From Planctomycetota bacterium (lineage in GTDB: Bacteria; Planctomycetota; Brocadiia; Brocadiales; Bathyanammoxibiaceae), in NCBI GenBank assembly GCA_030598065.1, contig JAUVQR010000005.1, positions 1-22,072 on the forward strand: a stretch of DNA of 22,072 nt. Reading direction: 5' to 3'. The notes beneath the pieces are model-generated. The model worked only from the letters and a program-made list of their open reading frames with translations, made no database searches and was not told the origin of the DNA. Of this stretch, positions 20,759 to 22,072 are shown in pieces. A program made the position numbers and the translations under genes. Positions within the stretch are counted from its first letter, which is position 1; every line of letters begins with the position of its first letter.

Positions 20759-22072
20759 TTATCTCCCGTCTCTTAATATCATATTTGCTACCCGCCAACC
20801 GGAAGACACAACCGCACACACTCCCGGCCCGGGGTTGGTCCAATGCCCCGCGAGGTAGAGGTTCTCTACCGGGGTCTTGTTAGCGGTCCTGCCCGGACCC
20901 GTCTGCCCTAACGTGACGGCCCATCCGTAGGCAGCGCCCTTCGCATTCAGCGTATAACGCTCAAGCGTCTTGGGCGTCGCCGCGTCCACCACCTCGATGT
21001 GCTTCTCAAGATTGGGCACAAAACCCTCAAGGTAGCGTATTGTACCCTTCGTAAGTCTATCTTTCAAGTCTTTCCAGTTCTCAATCTCGTCGTATTTTTC
21101 CTCTATAGTGGCCACCACGGTTATCTCCTGCCGGCCTTTTGTCGCAAGCGACTGGTCCACCATGGTAGGCGCCGATATGTACTTCCACTGATGGTTCGGG
21201 CTATGATAAAAGCCTCTCTTAAAATTACTTAGGTTAATTTCCGGGTCAAGCCCCAAATACAGTAGAAAATATGATGGACTTTCCTTCATCCCCCTCATCC
21301 TGTCCATAAACGCGGGGTCAACCTGTTCTTTATCCTTTATCAGTTTAAAAAAAGTCTGTCTGGCGTCAATGTTTGATATTACGTATTCCGCGCCGATATC
21401 GCCGCCCTCATCCAGTCTCACGCCTGCCACCCTGTTGCCCTTGAGAAACATCTCTTCCACCCTGGAAGACAGCAGCAGGTCGCCGCCGGAATCCCTGAGT
21501 TTTTTGGCAAATGCGTCGGCAAAGCCTTGCGTGCCCCCCCTCGGATACCATGCGCCGTCTCTGAGATAGTTCACCAGCATCTGGCACATGCCTATGCTAG
21601 AGACCTCGTGGGCCGGCGAGCCAAGATAACCCCACTGTCCCGCCAGCGTCGCCTTCAGTTCCGGATCGTCGAAGAAGCCGTCCAGCATGGCGCCGTATGT
21701 TTTTTCCCTATACCTCTCAAGGGTGGGGCTACGCTCCGATTCATTTATTATCGCCCTGTAGAGTTTTACGAGCTCGCCGAAGAACCCGGATATGTTCTCC
21801 TTCTCTGCGGGATATCTCTTCTGCAGGGACGACTGATAGTCGTCAATGTCGGCCGGAATCTCTACAGAGAACGAGGGGAATATGAGGTTGTCCATCGGGT
21901 CCAGCCTGAAAAAATCCAATTCTATTTCCAGCTCTTTCAGGCATCTGTCCACGATGCTGTACTTGCCGCAGCCGCCTATATGGTGCACGGCGGCATCGAA
22001 GAGGAATCCCCCGCGTTTGAATGAAGTGCAATAGCCCCCGGGGATATTGTGCTGCTCTACGACCAGCGTCCT
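20759..22072 (-). CDS. FAD-dependent oxidoreductase of the phytoene desaturase (CrtI)/amine-oxidase superfamily, 5' end outside the window
   Basis: The frame stays open to the window edge (RTLVVEQHNIPGGYCTSFKRGGFLFDAAVHHIGG...), so the computed start at 21988 is an internal GTG. The C-terminal motif LYLAGHWTNPGPGVCAVVSSG is present. The stop lies 4 nt before the radical SAM ATG. Confidence 0.82.
   Translation of the reverse strand, partial: RTLVVEQHNIPGGYCTSFKRGGFLFDAAVHHIGGCGKYSIVDRCLKELEIELDFFRLDPMDNLIFPSFSVEIPADIDDYQSSLQKRYPAEKENISGFFGELVKLYRAIINESERSPTLERYREKTYGAMLDGFFDDPELKATLAGQWGYLGSPAHEVSSIGMCQMLVNYLRDGAWYPRGGTQGFADAFAKKLRDSGGDLLLSSRVEEMFLKGNRVAGVRLDEGGDIGAEYVISNIDARQTFFKLIKDKEQVDPAFMDRMRGMKESPSYFLLYLGLDPEINLSNFKRGFYHSPNHQWKYISAPTMVDQSLATKGRQEITVVATIEEKYDEIENWKDLKDRLTKGTIRYLEGFVPNLEKHIEVVDAATPKTLERYTLNAKGAAYGWAVTLGQTGPGRTANKTPVENLYLAGHWTNPGPGVCAVVSSGWRVANMILRDGR

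Noticed and set aside
10314-22072. Calling the cluster a ladderane (anammox) biosynthesis cluster outright
   Set aside because: The resemblance is limited to gene-family composition. The GC content looks higher than I recall for anammox genomes, no hydrazine-metabolism genes are visible, and the anammox candidate clusters themselves lack experimental proof. I therefore report it only as an analogy.
1-22072. CRISPR arrays, tRNA or rRNA genes, and transposase, integrase or phage genes
   Set aside because: No regularly spaced direct repeats are present, no tRNA-like T-arm (GGTTCGAATCC-type) or rRNA signatures appear, and none of the ORFs has transposase or integrase motifs. The only repeats are the short intergenic cores and the in-frame mlaD repeats.

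Overview
This is a 22 kb chromosomal window from a fairly GC-rich diderm bacterium, judging by the Mla transporter, a lipobox lipoprotein and several near-consensus sigma70-type promoters. The left half (1-10.3 kb) is housekeeping. On the minus strand it carries rdgB and rph, argF and argD, and an argB-mlaE-mlaF-mlaD operon in which argB and mlaE overlap by ATGA. It also holds a small lipoprotein gene, an orphan membrane-anchored protein and a MATE exporter. The right half (10.3-22.07 kb) is the notable part: an uncharacterised acyl-chain (type II FAS/PKS-like) tailoring cluster. A plus-strand operon runs from a TTGACA-17-TAGAAT promoter through acpS, a B12-binding radical SAM enzyme, an intact KS, and an ATGA-coupled KS partner that has lost all three catalytic residues. 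It continues through a FadH-type dienoyl reductase, FabG, a muconolactone-isomerase-like small protein and a frameshifted signal-peptide/zinc-ribbon gene. A convergent minus-strand operon encodes a CrtI/phytoene-desaturase-like flavoenzyme (5' end off the window) followed by a second, paralogous B12-radical SAM enzyme. No ACP, dehydratase or FabI-type enoyl reductase lies in the window. The two operons meet in a 415 bp repeat- and hairpin-dense spacer, which shares a 17-nt core with the spacer at 8.78 kb. There are no rRNA or tRNA genes, CRISPR arrays or recognisable mobile-element genes. The product of the cluster cannot be deduced from sequence alone.
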